From Thermoleophilia bacterium (GTDB lineage: Bacteria > Actinomycetota > Thermoleophilia > UBA2241), in contig JAXGLO010000001.1 in assembly GCA_040769125.1 (NCBI GenBank), positions 1,259,053-1,323,052 on the forward strand: 64,000 bases of DNA, written 5' to 3'. Shown one piece after another: positions 50,383 through 59,919 of this stretch; positions within the stretch are counted from its first letter, which is position 1; every line of letters starts with the position of its first letter. The notes under the pieces were generated by a model. It was not told the origin of the DNA, searched no databases, and saw only the letters and a list, made by a program, of their open reading frames with translations. The translations under genes were made by a program, and so were the position numbers.

Positions 50383-51182
50383 CGACGCGGATCGTTACGG
50401 GGACGCTCCTCGCCGTCATCGCCCTGGTGGTGATCATCCAGGGAGGTCTCACCTTCTTCCTGCTCCTTCTCCCGCTGGCAGCGCTGGGCCTGAGGGAGTT
50501 CTACAAGCTCACCCGAGTGTATCGGCCGTTCGCAGCCGCCGGGATGGCGGGGATGCTGATGATGCTCGTGCTCGCACGGTACGCCGGCCTCACCGGTCTT
50601 GTCTGGGGCGCCGTGCTTGGCGCCGCTTTCACCTGCCTTCTTGGAATCGCGGCCGGCGCCAAACCGGGAGTGACTGTGCGCATGTCGGTGACGGTTCTCG
50701 GCATGCTGTATGTCGGCCTCGGGTTCGGCGCCCTGTTGCTGCTCCGCGCCATCGAGATGCCGGATGCCCCGTCTTCATCCGGCTCCTGGATGGTTCTGAC
50801 CGTCGTCTTCGGCACATGGGCCGGAGACACGATGGCGTACTTCACAGGGCGTCGCTTCGGCGCCAACCCAATGGCCCCAAGGCTCTCACCTAAGAAGACC
50901 TGGGAGGGCTTCGTCGGTGGGGCGCTCAGCACAATCATCGTTGTGCTGTTCATAGGCCTGTACAGCCCTCTCGGCCTCGTGGACTCTCTCGCGCTGGGAG
51001 CGGTCATCGCCTGCGTGGGGCCGCTGGGCGACCTCTTCGAGAGCCTGGTCAAACGCGACGCGCAGATCAAGGACTCCGGGCGTGGGCTGCCGGGCCACGG
51101 TGGGGTTCTCGATCGGTTCGACGCGTTGTTGTGGACAGCGGTCGCAGCGTACTTCCTGCTTACGGTCGTCTTCGGGCTGTGA
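50379..51182 (+). CDS. cdsA: Phosphatidate cytidylyltransferase
   Basis: Polytopic. 'SPKKTWEGFVGG' and 'GDLFESLVKRDAQIKDSG' are the CdsA signature. ATGA overlap with uppS. Confidence 0.85.
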   Translation: MTTRIVTGTLLAVIALVVIIQGGLTFFLLLLPLAALGLREFYKLTRVYRPFAAAGMAGMLMMLVLARYAGLTGLVWGAVLGAAFTCLLGIAAGAKPGVTVRMSVTVLGMLYVGLGFGALLLLRAIEMPDAPSSSGSWMVLTVVFGTWAGDTMAYFTGRRFGANPMAPRLSPKKTWEGFVGGALSTIIVVLFIGLYSPLGLVDSLALGAVIACVGPLGDLFESLVKRDAQIKDSGRGLPGHGGVLDRFDALLWTAVAAYFLLTVVFGL

Positions 51183-51258
51183 GGCCGCTGGGCGCGACGC
51201 GACCGGCTCCCGCCGGGTTCATCGCGACCGCGCCTGGTGCGGCGCCGACACGAGCGAC

Positions 51259-53124
51259 ATGAGCGACGGCCGCTCCCGGAGTGCGTGGCGGCCGTACCTG
51301 CCACGGCTAGTGTTCACGGCGACCGCCTTGGCCACCGCCGCTCTCGCTGTGGCGACCGCCTGGCGGCGGCTCTTCACGGGCGTCGATCTGCAGGACGAGA
51401 GCTACTCCATACTCGTGCCGTGGCGGTGGGCTCTCGGCGACCGCCCGTTCGAGCACGAGCAGAACCTGGCTCAGATTCCAGGCTTCCTCATGTATCCCCT
51501 CACGAAGCTGTTCGCCGTCCTCAGGGACTCGGACGTCACGGGCCTCGTTCTGTATGAGCGTCACCTCTACCTCGTCATGACGCTCGCGGTTGCCGCTGTG
51601 GTCTTCCTGGCCTTGCGGCGGCTAACGCGGTGGGAGCTGGCGCTTCTGATCGCGATTCTGCCCGTGAGCTTCGTCTTCTGGCGCACGTCCCAGCTCACCT
51701 CCGCCACCATGGCTGCTGCAGCGCTCACCGTGAGCGCCGTCTGCGGGCTGCGCGCGACGCTCGCAGGGGGGGCACGTGGCTGGGCGATAGCCGCGGGCGC
51801 CGGCATGGGGGCAGCGGTGATCGCGCATCCGACCCTCCTCTTCGTGACGCCCTTCTACGCCGTCTTTCTGGCCTTCGCGCTCGATCACCGCACGGTCGCC
51901 ATGGTGGCGGAAGGTCGGTTTCTGCATCCTCCGAATCCGCTGGGCCCACCGACCGGGGAGGCAGCCTGGCGGGTGCTGAGCGGGTGGGCTCTCGGGGTGA
52001 CGGTGGTGCTCGGCCCGGCCGTCGCCCTGATTGTATGGCTCGGCGGCGACAACCTGGTGCGATGCTGGGACTTCACAGTGGCGGCGGCCCTGGATCAGGG
52101 GCAGCTCACCGGAGCATACAAAGCCCTTGAGATAACCCGCGACGTGTGGCTGTTCATCGCGTCGCGCCCTATCATGGTGATTGCCGTGGCTGTGGCCTAC
52201 ATGCTGTACCGCCGCCGAACTCAGCTCGGGCGGGCGGTTCTTGTCGCCGTGCCGGCGGGGCTGTGGCTCGCCGGGCAGGAGCCGCAGCTGGAGGCCGCCG
52301 GCCTTGTGATCGCGGCCGCTCTCGCTGCTCCACTCGTCTTCCTGCTCGTCCCTCGCGAGCAACGCCAGATGGGCGCCCGCCTTCTCATCTGGATCTGGGC
52401 GCCGGCCATGATCGCCGGCGCGATGACGGCCTACACGAGCGTGGACGGCTATGAGAAGGCGGCGATCGGCCTCTTCCCGACGCTCCTTGTGGGAGCGCTC
52501 TTCCTCGCCTGGGCTCTCGATACCGTCCCGATCCGGTCGGGCAGCAGCTCCGCCGAAGCGTCCGGAACATGGGACCGCCCGGCCCAGACGACTCTTCCCT
52601 GGCTGTCGCTGATCGCCCTCGTCGCCCTCGTCGCTGCGACAATCGCCCTGCAGCTCCAGTACCAGCAGCGTCACGCACCGTTCGGCGATCTGGAGGCGCG
52701 CTTCGACTCGGGACCGTGGTGGGGTATCGCCGTCACTCCGGACCTTCACGACTGGCTTGAGCAGTACGCACGAGATCTGGAGGAAACGAGCAATCCGGGA
52801 GACAGCCTGCTCGTCTTCTACGGCAACCCCGGACTGTACCTCGCCTGGCCGGGCTCGATCGCCGCGAACTCGGGCTCGCTGTGGAGCGCCCGCCCGCTCG
52901 ATCCTCTGCCGGCCTCGACCGTCAGGTACTATCGCCGCCGACACGAAGTCCCCAGCCTGGTGGTTCACGCCCTCGATACCACAGGCCTGAGCAAGGCGCA
53001 GCTACAGGACGGCTGCGGTGGCCTCAAGTACCCGGTGACGAAGCTGCGCGCGTGCTACGCGATTCATCGGCGGCCGGCTGGGGCATCCACAGACGAGATT
53101 CTGTCCCTGCTCGCCGGACCCTGA
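51259..53124 (+). CDS. Large polytopic integral membrane protein (~12+ TM helices; GT-C-like topology with DxD/DE motif after TM1), function unknown
   Basis: ~621 aa from ATG 51259 (the ORF track's 51082 start would overlap cdsA by 100 bp). Many hydrophobic helices (LVFTATALATAALAVA, LALLIAILPVSFVFW, LGVTVVLGPAVALIVWL, VLVAVPAGLWLAG, ...). Acidic 'VDLQDESY' loop immediately after TM1 is reminiscent of GT-C glycosyltransferases. Soluble C-terminal ~200 aa. Confidence 0.7.
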   Translation: MSDGRSRSAWRPYLPRLVFTATALATAALAVATAWRRLFTGVDLQDESYSILVPWRWALGDRPFEHEQNLAQIPGFLMYPLTKLFAVLRDSDVTGLVLYERHLYLVMTLAVAAVVFLALRRLTRWELALLIAILPVSFVFWRTSQLTSATMAAAALTVSAVCGLRATLAGGARGWAIAAGAGMGAAVIAHPTLLFVTPFYAVFLAFALDHRTVAMVAEGRFLHPPNPLGPPTGEAAWRVLSGWALGVTVVLGPAVALIVWLGGDNLVRCWDFTVAAALDQGQLTGAYKALEITRDVWLFIASRPIMVIAVAVAYMLYRRRTQLGRAVLVAVPAGLWLAGQEPQLEAAGLVIAAALAAPLVFLLVPREQRQMGARLLIWIWAPAMIAGAMTAYTSVDGYEKAAIGLFPTLLVGALFLAWALDTVPIRSGSSSAEASGTWDRPAQTTLPWLSLIALVALVAATIALQLQYQQRHAPFGDLEARFDSGPWWGIAVTPDLHDWLEQYARDLEETSNPGDSLLVFYGNPGLYLAWPGSIAANSGSLWSARPLDPLPASTVRYYRRRHEVPSLVVHALDTTGLSKAQLQDGCGGLKYPVTKLRACYAIHRRPAGASTDEILSLLAGP

Positions 53125-53162
53125 GCGCGTCCGCTCTGCTGCCTCGTGGTACCCTAGCCCGC

Positions 53163-54488
53163 ATGAGTCATCCCAGGCACGTCGTCGTCCTCGGCTCGAC
53201 GGGGTCGATCGGGCGACAGGCGCTCGAGGTGCTGCCGGCCATTCCACGGGCCCGTGTCGTCGGCCTGTCGGCCGGCAGCGACGCCGATTCTCTGCTGACG
53301 CAGGCACAGGCCACCGGCGTGCCCGCCGTGTGCCTGTACGATCGCGCCGCGGCGGGCACCGTTGCGGCGCGGGCGCCTCATCTCTCCGTCCACGCCGGCG
53401 AAGCCGGCGTGGGTGAGATGATCGCCCGGGCGGCCGCGGCGGCCGCGGCGGAGGGAGCATCGCTGACGGTGCTCAACGGCATCGTGGGCGCGGCCGGCCT
53501 GCGCGCTACTCTCGCCACTCTGGCGTCAGGCGCGACGCTGGCGCTGGCCAACAAGGAGAGCATGGTGGCCGGCGGGCCGTTCGTGCTCGAGGCAGCGCGG
53601 CGAAGCGGCTCGCTAATCCTCCCCGTAGACAGCGAGCACAGCGCCCTCTTCCAGTGCATCGCGGCAGGAGAAGCCGGAGCCGCGCCCACAGGAGCATGCC
53701 TCGGACCCGCCGAGAGGACCGAGGCGCGAGCCCTCCCCGAGGAACTGCTCCTCACCGGCTCCGGGGGTCCGTTCCGCGGGCGTGACGCCGCTGCGCTCGC
53801 CGACGTCACGCCCGAACAGGCGCTGGCCCACCCCACGTGGTCGATGGGCCCGAAGATCTCGATCGACTCGGCGACGCTCATGAACAAAGGTCTCGAGGTC
53901 ATCGAGGCACACTACCTCTTCGGCGTGCCCTACTCTCGCATTCGTGTGGCCATCAGCCCACAGAGCATCGTGCACAGCATGATCCGCTTCGCGGACGGGG
54001 CGATCCTCGCGCACCTGGGGGTGCCCGACATGCGCACGCCCATCGGCTACGCGCTGGCGTACCCCGACCGGCCGGCTCTCCCCATGGTGCGCCGCCTCGA
54101 CCTCTTCGCAACCCAGTTGACCTTCGAGGAGCCCGACACGACGACCTTCCGGTGCCTCGCGCTCGCGGAGGAGGCAGGGAGGGAGGCGGCGGCCGCAGAG
54201 CAGGCATGGCGTTCACGATCGACGACCGCATCGGCCAGGGTGTTGCCCCTCCACAGTGCGGACTGGACGCCCCGAACCGCCGCCGCGCCGGTGGTCCTCA
54301 ATGCGGCAAACGAGGTCGCGGTCGAGAGGTTCCTGGCGCACCGGCTCGGCTTCCCCGACATCCCCGAGGTAGTGGAGGAGTGCGTCGCGCAGCTCGGCGA
54401 TCAGCCCGTGACGTCGGTCGACGACGTCTTTGCCTGCGACGCCGAAGCGCGCCGGCTGGCGGCAGAGGCTGCGGAGAGATCCCGGTAG
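53163..54488 (+). CDS. dxr: 1-deoxy-D-xylulose 5-phosphate reductoisomerase (with an apparent ~30-aa in-frame insertion near the C-terminal domain)
   Basis: 'VVLGSTGSIGRQALEV' NADPH motif, 'LANKESMV', 'LPVDSEHSALFQC', 'TGSGGPFR', 'SIDSATLMNKGLE'. ATG 53163; upstream extension rejected. Extra segment 'AAAAEQAWRSRSTTASARVLPLHSADWTPRT' lies before the conserved 'VLNAANE'. Confidence 0.9.
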   Translation: MSHPRHVVVLGSTGSIGRQALEVLPAIPRARVVGLSAGSDADSLLTQAQATGVPAVCLYDRAAAGTVAARAPHLSVHAGEAGVGEMIARAAAAAAAEGASLTVLNGIVGAAGLRATLATLASGATLALANKESMVAGGPFVLEAARRSGSLILPVDSEHSALFQCIAAGEAGAAPTGACLGPAERTEARALPEELLLTGSGGPFRGRDAAALADVTPEQALAHPTWSMGPKISIDSATLMNKGLEVIEAHYLFGVPYSRIRVAISPQSIVHSMIRFADGAILAHLGVPDMRTPIGYALAYPDRPALPMVRRLDLFATQLTFEEPDTTTFRCLALAEEAGREAAAAEQAWRSRSTTASARVLPLHSADWTPRTAAAPVVLNAANEVAVERFLAHRLGFPDIPEVVEECVAQLGDQPVTSVDDVFACDAEARRLAAEAAERSR

Positions 54489-54629
54489 ACGGGTTTGCCA
54501 TGTGCGTCCCGACCGAATCCCGCCCGACCGGCAGACGCGCACCGCGCCGCGGTAAGGTATGGTGATCGGAGGGTCGCGCTCGGTGGGGCGCTGCCCAGGC
54601 GATGACGAGAGAACGCGGAGCGTTCCCCC

Positions 54630-55847
54630 ATGACACACCATCTTCCTGAGAAGCCGCCCCCGGCACGCGAGAGTGCGCAGCCGGCCCCGCACGCCAGCGT
54701 CGCCGGCGATGAGAACCAGAACCGCCCCGGTCTGAGCATCTGGTCGCTGCTTCTCGGCGCGGGGCTCATCCTCGCCCTCGTTATGGGCCAATGGACGTGG
54801 GTGGTGGCCATCCTGGGCCTGGCGCTGCTGATCAGCGTGCACGAGCTCGGGCATTTCGTGGTGGCCAAGGCGTGCGGCATGCGCGTCGAGAAGTTCTACG
54901 TGGGGTTTCCGCCGGCGGCTCTGCGGCGCACGTGGGGCGAGACCGAGTACGGGATCGGCATCATCCCGCTGGGCGGCTTCTGCAAGATCAGCGGGATGCT
55001 GCCGGACGAGCCCGTCCCGGACGGCACCGGCGACCAAGCCTACTTCCTCAGGCCCGTCTGGCAGCGCAACTTGACGATCGCCGCCGGGCCGCTCATGAAC
55101 TTCGCGGCCGCGGCCGTGATCATGATCCTCTTCATCGGCATCGCAGGCCTTCCGAAGGCCAGCCTCACGCTCGACGAGGTAGTCGAGGGAAGCCCGGCCG
55201 CGAAAGCCGGCATTACGTCTGGCGCCACTCTGGTGGGCGCCGACAACGAGCGGTGGGAGACGTGGGAGGAGGCCTCGGCCTTCTTCCGGGCCAACCCTCA
55301 CAGGACCATCGCGCTCACGTACGTCCCGGCGGGTGAGGAGGCCGGGAGGACCGAGCGCACGGTCGAGCTGACGCTGGGCGAGAACCCGCAGGCGAAAGGC
55401 AGCGGCTATCTCGGCGTGGCGGCCGGCGTGGTAAGGGAGCGCCCGGGTCCGCTGCAAGCCGTCGCCCTAGGGCTTAGAGCCTTCAAGGACATCGCGGTGG
55501 GGACGGTCACGGGGCTCTGGTGGCTGGTCAGCGGCAAGATCAGCGCCACCGGCCCTCAGGGCGCCGTGGGACCCGTGGGCATCATCAACGTCAGCCGCGA
55601 GGCCGTCCAGCAGAGCTGGTACCCGATTCTGCTCGCCTTCCTCAGCTTCAACCTCGGGCTGATCAATCTCCTGCCCATGCTCCCGTTCGACGGCGGCCAC
55701 CTCGTCGTCAACACGCTCGAACGGGTTCGCGGCCGGCGTCTCAACCAGCAGATCTTCGAGCGCCTCGCGGCGGTCGGTACCATCCTTCTCGTGATGCTCT
55801 TCCTGCTGCTGACCTTCAACGACGTGAAGCGACTGCTGGGCGGCTGA
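54630..55847 (+). CDS. rseP: RIP zinc metalloprotease RseP (site-2 protease, M50)
   Basis: 'HELGHF' zinc site in TM1, PDZ domain, 'LLPMLPFDGGHL' LDG motif. Start uncertain; may lie ~40 codons downstream of 54630. Confidence 0.85.
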   Translation: MTHHLPEKPPPARESAQPAPHASVAGDENQNRPGLSIWSLLLGAGLILALVMGQWTWVVAILGLALLISVHELGHFVVAKACGMRVEKFYVGFPPAALRRTWGETEYGIGIIPLGGFCKISGMLPDEPVPDGTGDQAYFLRPVWQRNLTIAAGPLMNFAAAAVIMILFIGIAGLPKASLTLDEVVEGSPAAKAGITSGATLVGADNERWETWEEASAFFRANPHRTIALTYVPAGEEAGRTERTVELTLGENPQAKGSGYLGVAAGVVRERPGPLQAVALGLRAFKDIAVGTVTGLWWLVSGKISATGPQGAVGPVGIINVSREAVQQSWYPILLAFLSFNLGLINLLPMLPFDGGHLVVNTLERVRGRRLNQQIFERLAAVGTILLVMLFLLLTFNDVKRLLGG

Positions 55848-56836
55848 TGGGCGCGCTCGTGCTGGTCACCGGCGGCGCCGGGTTCATCGGCTCACATCTC
55901 GTCGAGGCCCTTCTGGCGAGAGGGTACGACGTGCGCGTGCTCGACGACTTCAGCACCGGCAGGCGCGAGAACCTCGAAGGTATCGAAGCCTTCGCCGACG
56001 CTCACGGCGCGCATTTCCAGCTGATCGCCGGCGACGTCCGCGATGAGGCCAGGATGCGCGATGCGGTGGACGGCTGTGTGGCGATCTGCCATCTCGCGGC
56101 AGTGGCCTCCGTTGCGCAGTCGGTAGCCGATCCAGTCGGCGCCAACAGCGTCACTCATGGAGGCACAGTCAACGCGGTACGCCAGGCGATCGCCGCCGAG
56201 GTGCCGCGCTTCGTACTCGCGTCGTCGTGCGCCGTCTACGGCGACACCGCCGAGCGGCCCATCGCCGAGACGTCGCCATCTCGGCCGCTGAGCCCCTACG
56301 CGGCGGCGAAGCTGGCCTCCGAGCAGACATGTACGGCGGCGGCGCAGGCGAGGCAGCTCGCCGCCGTCTGCCTGCGGTTCTTCAACGTCTACGGGCCACG
56401 GCAGGATCCCGGGTCGGAGTATTCCGGCGTCATCAGCCGCTTCCTCGACGCCGCCTTGGCCGGCACGCCCGTGACGATTTACGGCGACGGAGGACAGACG
56501 CGGGACTTCGTGTACGTGGGCGACCTCGTGCAGGCGGTGATCCTCGCCGTCGAGCGGCCGCTGACCGGCGCGGCCGTAGTCAACATCGGCTCGGAGCGCG
56601 AAACGAGCATCCTCGGCCTGATCGAGGGCCTCGAGGCGCTCACGGGACGCAGCATCGAACGCCGTTTCGAGGCGCCGCGCGAGGGAGACATCCGTCACTC
56701 GCGCGCCGATGCGGGCAGAGCCCGCTGGCTCCTCGACTGGCGCGCGAAGACGGTGTTCGCCGACGGGCTGGCGCGCTCCTGGGAGTGGTTTCGCCGCCGC
56801 GAAGGCGCCGCCGACGAAGGCCGAGGCGCCCGATGA
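55847..56836 (+). CDS. NAD-dependent nucleotide-sugar epimerase/dehydratase (extended SDR, GalE/WbpP-like)
   Basis: 'LVTGGAGFIGSHLVEAL' Rossmann motif and 'SPYAAAKLASE' (YxxxK catalytic dyad). ATGA overlaps with the rseP stop (55845-55847) and the ispG start (56833-56836). Confidence 0.85.
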   Translation: MGALVLVTGGAGFIGSHLVEALLARGYDVRVLDDFSTGRRENLEGIEAFADAHGAHFQLIAGDVRDEARMRDAVDGCVAICHLAAVASVAQSVADPVGANSVTHGGTVNAVRQAIAAEVPRFVLASSCAVYGDTAERPIAETSPSRPLSPYAAAKLASEQTCTAAAQARQLAAVCLRFFNVYGPRQDPGSEYSGVISRFLDAALAGTPVTIYGDGGQTRDFVYVGDLVQAVILAVERPLTGAAVVNIGSERETSILGLIEGLEALTGRSIERRFEAPREGDIRHSRADAGRARWLLDWRAKTVFADGLARSWEWFRRREGAADEGRGAR

Positions 56837-57891
56837 GCAGCCGGCGGCGCATCATGGTAGGCGCCGTACCGGTCGGCGGGGGAGCGCCGGTCAGCGTGCA
56901 GTCGATGACCTGCACGCACACCGGCGACGCCGCGGCGACCCTGGCTCAGGTACACAGGCTGGCAGAGGCCGGGTGTGAGCTGGTGCGCGTGAGCCTCCCC
57001 ACAGCCGCGGAGACTCCGGCTTTCGCGCACATCGTGCGCGAAGCTCCCGTGCCCATCATCGCCGACATTCACTACGATTGGCGGCTCGCCCTGGCGGCCG
57101 TCGACGCCGGCGCCGCGGCCATCCGCATCAACCCCGGCACGATGGCCGAGAGCCGTGTGCGAGACATCGTGCGAGCGGCCGACCAGGCGCGCGTCGCCAT
57201 CCGCATCGGAGTCAACGCAGGATCCCTGCCCCGGGATCTGCGTGAGAGAGCCGTGGATGAGCCGGCAGACGCCCTCGTCGAGGCTGCGCTCCGCTGGGCG
57301 TCGCGCTTCGACGACTGGGGCTTCCCGGCCTACAAACTGAGCGTCAAGAGCTCGAGCGTCCCCGTCACCATCGCCGCCTACCGGCTCCTCGCAGCACGGT
57401 CCGACGCCCCGCTGCACGTGGGCGTCACTGAGGCCGGCACGGTCCACAGCGGCACCGTCAAGAGCTGCGTGGGCATCGGCGCCCTCCTCGCCGACGGCAT
57501 CGGAGACACCATCCGCGTGTCTCTCACCGGCGATCCCGTGGACGAGGTGCGCGTCGCCTGGCAGATCCTCGCCGCACTGGGTCTGCGGCGGCGAGGCCCC
57601 GAGGTCATCTCGTGCCCCACGTGCGGCCGCACCGAGATCGACATCGTAGGCCTCGCGGAGGAAGTCGAGCGGCGGCTCGCCGCCGACGCCGCCTTCAGCC
57701 GTCGGGATATCACGGTGGCCGTGATGGGCTGTCGCGTCAACGGCCCCGGTGAGGCCCGTCACGCCGATTTCGGCATCGCCGCAGGGCGGGGAGAGGGTGT
57801 GCTCTTCGCTCACGGAGAGCGCGTGGCCGCGGTCGCCGAGGAGCAGCTGCTCGACGCGCTCTTCGAGCTGATCCGCGCCGACCCTTGCTGA
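56833..57891 (+). CDS. ispG: 4-hydroxy-3-methylbut-2-enyl diphosphate synthase
   Basis: 'VGGGAPVSVQSMT', 'RINPGT', C-terminal 'CPTCGR...GCRVNGPGE' [4Fe-4S] Cys triad. ATG 56833; the upstream ORF-track extension is in the epimerase region. Confidence 0.95.
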   Translation: MSSRRRIMVGAVPVGGGAPVSVQSMTCTHTGDAAATLAQVHRLAEAGCELVRVSLPTAAETPAFAHIVREAPVPIIADIHYDWRLALAAVDAGAAAIRINPGTMAESRVRDIVRAADQARVAIRIGVNAGSLPRDLRERAVDEPADALVEAALRWASRFDDWGFPAYKLSVKSSSVPVTIAAYRLLAARSDAPLHVGVTEAGTVHSGTVKSCVGIGALLADGIGDTIRVSLTGDPVDEVRVAWQILAALGLRRRGPEVISCPTCGRTEIDIVGLAEEVERRLAADAAFSRRDITVAVMGCRVNGPGEARHADFGIAAGRGEGVLFAHGERVAAVAEEQLLDALFELIRADPC

Positions 57892-58002
57892 CGGTGCAGG
57901 GCAGCGGCACGGCCGCCGGGCCGACTGCTGTAGAATCCCGCTCGAAGAAGGCACCGGCCGCACCTGCGCCTGGTACTTGAAGAACCGCACCCGAGGAGTC
58001 AC

Positions 58003-59751
58003 ATGCGCGCCAGTCAGCTGCTGCTGCCAACCGTCAAGGAAGATCCGGCCGGCGCCGAAGCCGTCAGCCACAAGCTGATGGTGCGGGCCGGCCTCGTGCG
58101 CCAGCTCGCCGCCGGCATCTACGTCTACCTGCCGGCCGGCTGGCGCGTGATGCAGAAGATCGCCGCCATCATCCGCGAAGAGATGGAGGCCATCGGCTGC
58201 CTGGAGATGCTGATGCCGGTGATCAACCCCTCCGATATCTGGGAGGAGTCCGGTCGCTGGGCAGTCATCGGGGAGGAGCTCTTCCGCTTCAAGGATCGCA
58301 AGGGAGCCGACATGGCTCTGGCCATGACGCACGAAGAGGTCGTCACGTGGCTGGCGGCCCGCGAGATCCGCAGCTACCGTCAGCTGCCGCAGATGTGGTA
58401 CCACATCCAGACCAAAGAGCGGGACGAGGCGCGCCCCAGGAGCGGCATCCTGCGCACCCGCGAATTCCTCATGAAGGACTCCTACAGCCTCGACATCAGC
58501 CACGAGGCTCTGGAGAAGAGCTACGCGACGCACATCGCGGCGTACGAGCGCGTGTTCAAGCGTTGCGGCGTCGACGTGATGATGGTCGAGGGAGATTCGG
58601 GGATGATGGGCGGCAGCGTCTCGCATGAGTACATGGCCGCCGCCGAGGCCGGCGAGGACGAGATCGTCTTCTGCGCCGGCTGCGGGTATGCGGCCAATGT
58701 CGATATGGCCGTCGCCGGGGAAGAGGACGAGCCGCCGGTCAGCGAGACGTCTCCCTCGAGCGCTGAGGGAGCCGCGGCGCAGGTTAACATCCTGGACGAA
58801 GGCGACATCCACACGCCCGACTGCCGCACGATCGACGACGTGGCCCGCTACCTCGGCCTGCCGACCCGCGCCTTCCTCAAGTCGCTGGTGGTGGTGGCAG
58901 AAGGCGGCGAGCTCGCCGGCCGGCCTTTGATGGCGCTGGTGCGCGGCGACCATCAGCTCGGCGAGCTCAAGCTCCGCAAGGCGCTCGGCGGCGAGTTCCG
59001 CCTGGCGACGCCCGAGGAGGTGCTGAACGCCCAGGGTGTCGAGCCCGGCTACGTCGGGCCTGTGCCCACGACACTCCCGGTCTACGCCGACAACGTGCTG
59101 CGCCGCGGCACCTACGTCGCCGGCGCCAACAAGCCTCACTACCACCGCACCGGCGTGAGCCTCGACCAGATCCCGCAGGCCACCTTCATCGACCTGCGTG
59201 ATGCGCGCCGCGGCGACGCCTGCCCCAAGTGCGGACGCGACCTCGACGGTGCCCGCGTCATCGAGGTCGGCAACATCTTCCAGCTCGGCACCAAGTACTC
59301 GGAGCCGATGGGCGCTACCTTCCTCGACGAGGACGGCAAGGAGCACAACATCGTCATGGGCAGCTACGGAATCGGCCTGGCCCGGGTCGCAGCGGCCGCC
59401 ATCGAGCAGCATCACGACGACCACGGCATTGTGTGGCCGGCGAACATCGCGCCCTTCGAGGTCCATCTCGTCCTTGTCCGCGCCTCCGACGACACTCAGG
59501 CGACGCTGGCGACGTCGCTTCACGAGGAGCTCAGCGCCGCCGGCTTCGACGTCCTCTTCGACGATCGCGACCTCAGCCCCGGCGTGAAGTTCAAGGACGC
59601 CGATCTGCTGGGCTGCCCCGCTCACGTCGTGGTGGGGAAGAGGGCCGCAGAGGGCGTGGTGGAGCTCAAGGAGCGCGCCTCCGGGGAGCGCACCGACGTC
59701 CCCGTCGGGGAGCTGGCCGTCGCGCTTCGCGAGCTGCTGGCGCGCTCCTGA
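58003..59751 (+). CDS. proS: Prolyl-tRNA synthetase (bacterial type with editing domain)
   Basis: 'SHKLMVRAGLVRQLAAGIYVYLPAG', class II motifs 'FRDE...RPRSGILRTREF' and 'GSYGIG'. Inserted editing domain. Confidence 0.95.
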   Translation: MRASQLLLPTVKEDPAGAEAVSHKLMVRAGLVRQLAAGIYVYLPAGWRVMQKIAAIIREEMEAIGCLEMLMPVINPSDIWEESGRWAVIGEELFRFKDRKGADMALAMTHEEVVTWLAAREIRSYRQLPQMWYHIQTKERDEARPRSGILRTREFLMKDSYSLDISHEALEKSYATHIAAYERVFKRCGVDVMMVEGDSGMMGGSVSHEYMAAAEAGEDEIVFCAGCGYAANVDMAVAGEEDEPPVSETSPSSAEGAAAQVNILDEGDIHTPDCRTIDDVARYLGLPTRAFLKSLVVVAEGGELAGRPLMALVRGDHQLGELKLRKALGGEFRLATPEEVLNAQGVEPGYVGPVPTTLPVYADNVLRRGTYVAGANKPHYHRTGVSLDQIPQATFIDLRDARRGDACPKCGRDLDGARVIEVGNIFQLGTKYSEPMGATFLDEDGKEHNIVMGSYGIGLARVAAAAIEQHHDDHGIVWPANIAPFEVHLVLVRASDDTQATLATSLHEELSAAGFDVLFDDRDLSPGVKFKDADLLGCPAHVVVGKRAAEGVVELKERASGERTDVPVGELAVALRELLARS

Positions 59752-59798
59752 GCGCACCCGGCGAAGCCGCCGACGCCGCGCCGGCTGTGCTTCGCGGA

Positions 59799-59830
59799 CC
59801 GCGCCGCCCGCCCTTCGGCCGGCGGCGCGG
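59799..59830 (+). terminator. GC-rich hairpin downstream of proS (10-bp stem CCGCGCCGCC/GGCGGCGCGG plus inner 3-bp stem, CTTC tetraloop)
   Basis: Seen directly 48 nt after the proS stop. No U-tract. Confidence 0.35.
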
Positions 59831-59919
59831 ATCCGTTGCCTCATGGGGCAACGATAGCGCTGGTGTTGCCGCTCAAGTATCCGCGCATCTGGGCGATACC
59901 TGTTAGTGCGAGGAGGCCC

